From positions 931-64,930 of the IMG/VR virus record IMGVR_UViG_3300024308_000006: DNA of 64,000 bases; one strand, given 5' to 3'. The notes beneath the pieces were generated by a model. That model was not told the origin of the DNA and did not search any database. It saw nothing but the letters and a program-made list of their open reading frames with translations. Source of the stretch: a virus. Of the stretch, positions 62,448 to 64,000 are shown in pieces. The position numbers were made by a program, and so were the translations under genes. Every line of letters starts with the position of its first letter. The stretch's first letter is position 1.

Positions 62448-62681
62448 ATGGCAAAAGTAGTCACTCAAATCACGGCGAAGGTTCCGCGACTGATGGAAGC
62501 CGGCGAATACCGAGCGCTGCGCTTTGCAGGCGGCAAGCCCAGCCTGCAGCAACTGAAAAAATGGATCGACGAGGGCGTGATTGTCGGCGAGGTGAAAGGC
62601 GAAATGTACTTCGTAGACCTGAACGCCGAACTAACTGGCTCGACCGATCCCCTCCTGCACAAGATGATGGCGGTAAGCTGA
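62448..62681 (+). CDS. xis: excisionase
   Basis: 77 aa immediately upstream of int. ...LQQLKKWIDEGVIVGEVKGEMYFVDL... is lambda-Xis-like. Confidence 0.65.
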   Translation: MAKVVTQITAKVPRLMEAGEYRALRFAGGKPSLQQLKKWIDEGVIVGEVKGEMYFVDLNAELTGSTDPLLHKMMAVS

Positions 62682-62682
62682 C

Positions 62683-63825
62683 ATGAACCCACCGCGCCCG
62701 CGCACCGGCAGGAATCGCACCCTGCCCGACAACCTGTACCCCAACGGGAAGTATTGGCAGTACCGCAATCCGATCACCGGGAAGAAGGTCAGCATCAACA
62801 AGCCAATGGCCGAGGCAATCAAGCTGGCGAAGCTGGCCAATGCCAAGCTGGCCCCGCTGATGACCGATGACGGCGCGCTGCTGCAACTGCTGACCGGCGA
62901 GCAGGCGCCGACCGTCAAGAGCCTGCTTGAACGCTTCGAGTCGGAATGGCTGCCTGAGCGCAAGCTGGCCGACTCCACGCTCAAGGAAACCCGCATCAAG
63001 CTGGAGCGCTACCGGGCAGACCTGGGCGACAGGATGATCGGGCAGCTCGACGTGCTGGCAATGGCCGAGTATCTGGATCAGTTCAGCAACAACGCCTACA
63101 CCAAGCATCGCGGCCTATGGATACAGATTTACGCCTTCGCCGTGGCCAAGGGATTGGCTGAGCGCAACTGCGCCGAGCTGACCCTGCAGAAGAAAGAGCA
63201 GGAGAAGGTGCGCCAGCGCCACACTGTCGAGGGCGTGCAAAAGATTCTCGGCGCCGAAACGACGCCAGCCTGGCTCAAGCGCGCCATTCGTCTGGCGCTG
63301 CTGAGTCTGCAGCGCCGCGAGGATCTAGTCACCTGGGAGCGCGCAGCCGTGGACATGAGCCGTAACGTGATCCGCGTCAGCCCCGGCAAGACCGAGAACT
63401 ACGGCACGCCCATTCATCTGGAGATTGAAATGGGCGCCGACCTACGCGCCGTGGTGCAGGAGTGCCTGAAAGAGCCAATCGCCAGCCCCTACCTGATCTG
63501 CTACCGGCCGAGGGCGCGCAAGCGCGAGCAGATCGAGGCCAAGCTGCACTGGTCGGCGGTGACGGATGACTACCTGACCAAGGAGTTTCGCAAGGCCCGC
63601 GACCTGGCCAGGGCATACGACCACATCGAGAACCCCAAGGCCCGGCCCACCATGCACGAACTGCGCGCGCTGGGCTCATGGCTGTACGAGCAGCAAGGCT
63701 TCTCGACGGAGTATGTGCAGGTACTGATGGGGCACGCGACCCCGGACATGACCGCCTATTATCAGGACGGCCACGAACAGAAAGAGGTGATTTACCAGCA
63801 CGTCCAAGCGGGACTGAAACTCTAG
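62683..63825 (+). CDS. int: tyrosine integrase (lambda-Int type with an arm-binding N-terminus)
   Basis: LPDNLYPNGKYWQYRNPITGKKV (arm-binding domain)... HELRALGSWLY...LMGHATPDMTAYYQDGH (HxxR ... H ... Y catalytic region). Confidence 0.9.
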   Translation: MNPPRPRTGRNRTLPDNLYPNGKYWQYRNPITGKKVSINKPMAEAIKLAKLANAKLAPLMTDDGALLQLLTGEQAPTVKSLLERFESEWLPERKLADSTLKETRIKLERYRADLGDRMIGQLDVLAMAEYLDQFSNNAYTKHRGLWIQIYAFAVAKGLAERNCAELTLQKKEQEKVRQRHTVEGVQKILGAETTPAWLKRAIRLALLSLQRREDLVTWERAAVDMSRNVIRVSPGKTENYGTPIHLEIEMGADLRAVVQECLKEPIASPYLICYRPRARKREQIEAKLHWSAVTDDYLTKEFRKARDLARAYDHIENPKARPTMHELRALGSWLYEQQGFSTEYVQVLMGHATPDMTAYYQDGHEQKEVIYQHVQAGLKL

Positions 63826-63837
63826 TTTGGGTGGCGG

Positions 63838-63870
63838 TTTTCCCAAAGTTTTCCCAAAGTTTTCCCAAAA
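63838..63870. repeat. three tandem 11-bp repeats (TTTTCCCAAAG x2, TTTTCCCAAAA); candidate Int arm-type sites
   Basis: Direct reading. Located between the int stop and the tRNA-like att junction. Confidence 0.6.
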
Positions 63871-63899
63871 CAAAAAAGGCGACCCTTTCGGATCGCCCT
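63866..63899 (-). terminator. intrinsic terminator downstream of the tRNA-like gene
   Basis: Minus strand GGCGATCC-GAAA-GGGTCGCC followed by TTTTTTGTTTT. Confidence 0.75.
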
Positions 63900-63927
63900 C
63901 TAAGCCCCGTGCTAGACGGGTTTTGTT

Positions 63928-64000
63928 TGGTAGGCACAATTGGACTCGAACCAACGACCCCCACCATGTCAAGATGGCGGCGAGTCACGCCTAACCTATT
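63928..64000 (-). tRNA. tRNA-Val(GAC)-like sequence (anticodon arm to CCA), truncated by the window edge; probable att junction
   Basis: Minus strand ...CCATC-TTGACAT-GGTGG-GGGTC-GTTGG-TTCGAGT-CCAAT-TGTGCCT-A-CCA. The anticodon, variable and T arms closely match E. coli tRNA-Val(GAC) as I recall it. The 23 nt 5' of the anticodon stem do not fold into a canonical D arm. Confidence 0.5.

Noticed and set aside
10657-63870. Short tandem repeats (9-bp x6 at 10657; 11-bp x3 at 63838), considered as CRISPR-like arrays or type III toxin-antitoxin RNA repeats.
   Set aside because: The units are far too short and have no spacers. One array is in frame inside a gene and the other is next to int/att. 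There are no cas genes or toxin genes nearby.
1-64000. Search for a diversity-generating retroelement or retron, given the variable-looking tail proteins and structured non-coding RNA.
   Set aside because: No reverse-transcriptase-like ORF (no YxDD motif protein) was found anywhere in the window, and I saw no template/variable repeat pair.

Overview
The window is almost entirely one temperate phage genome (prophage) in a high-GC, Pseudomonas-like host. The host guess is an inference from about 63-65% GC, codon usage and a DUF4124-type moron.

Gene order, left to right:
- Lysis cassette on the minus strand: a SAR endolysin running off the left edge, then a holin.
- A 14.4-kb gene for a 4,790-aa multi-enzyme 'polyvalent' virion protein.
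- A minus-strand late operon of tail/virion genes, neck genes, a decoration-like protein, major capsid, scaffold, five unusual genes between scaffold and portal, portal, TerL and TerS.
- A minus-strand nin-like and replication region: NinG, NinB, a lambda-P-like loader, a DUF1376 replication protein, CII-like and Cro-like regulators.
- A plus-strand immunity gene (S24 cI-type repressor) co-transcribed with a secreted Cys-rich moron.
- A second repressor-controlled promoter. It drives a roughly 1.2-kb, mostly untranslated, boxA-led leader, then a recombination/early operon: RecT, YqaJ exonuclease, a stand-alone LytTR protein, an RdgC-FtsK-gamma fusion and many unknowns.
- Xis, a tyrosine integrase, arm-type repeats and a tRNA-like attachment junction at the right edge.

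The overall architecture, including the giant virion gene, resembles Bcep22-type podophages. That comparison is from memory and was not searched. I found no rRNA, CRISPR array, transposase, reverse transcriptase or recognisable named defence system.

The most unusual signals are:
- the polyvalent giant protein;
- the boxA-protected long untranslated early RNA with internal repeats and alternative helices;
- a 14-bp near-palindrome repeated in every major late intergenic gap;
- a G10 tract that separates an HTH ORF from a start-less, coding-looking continuation;
- an oop-like antisense sRNA candidate;
- two lysogen-type morons.
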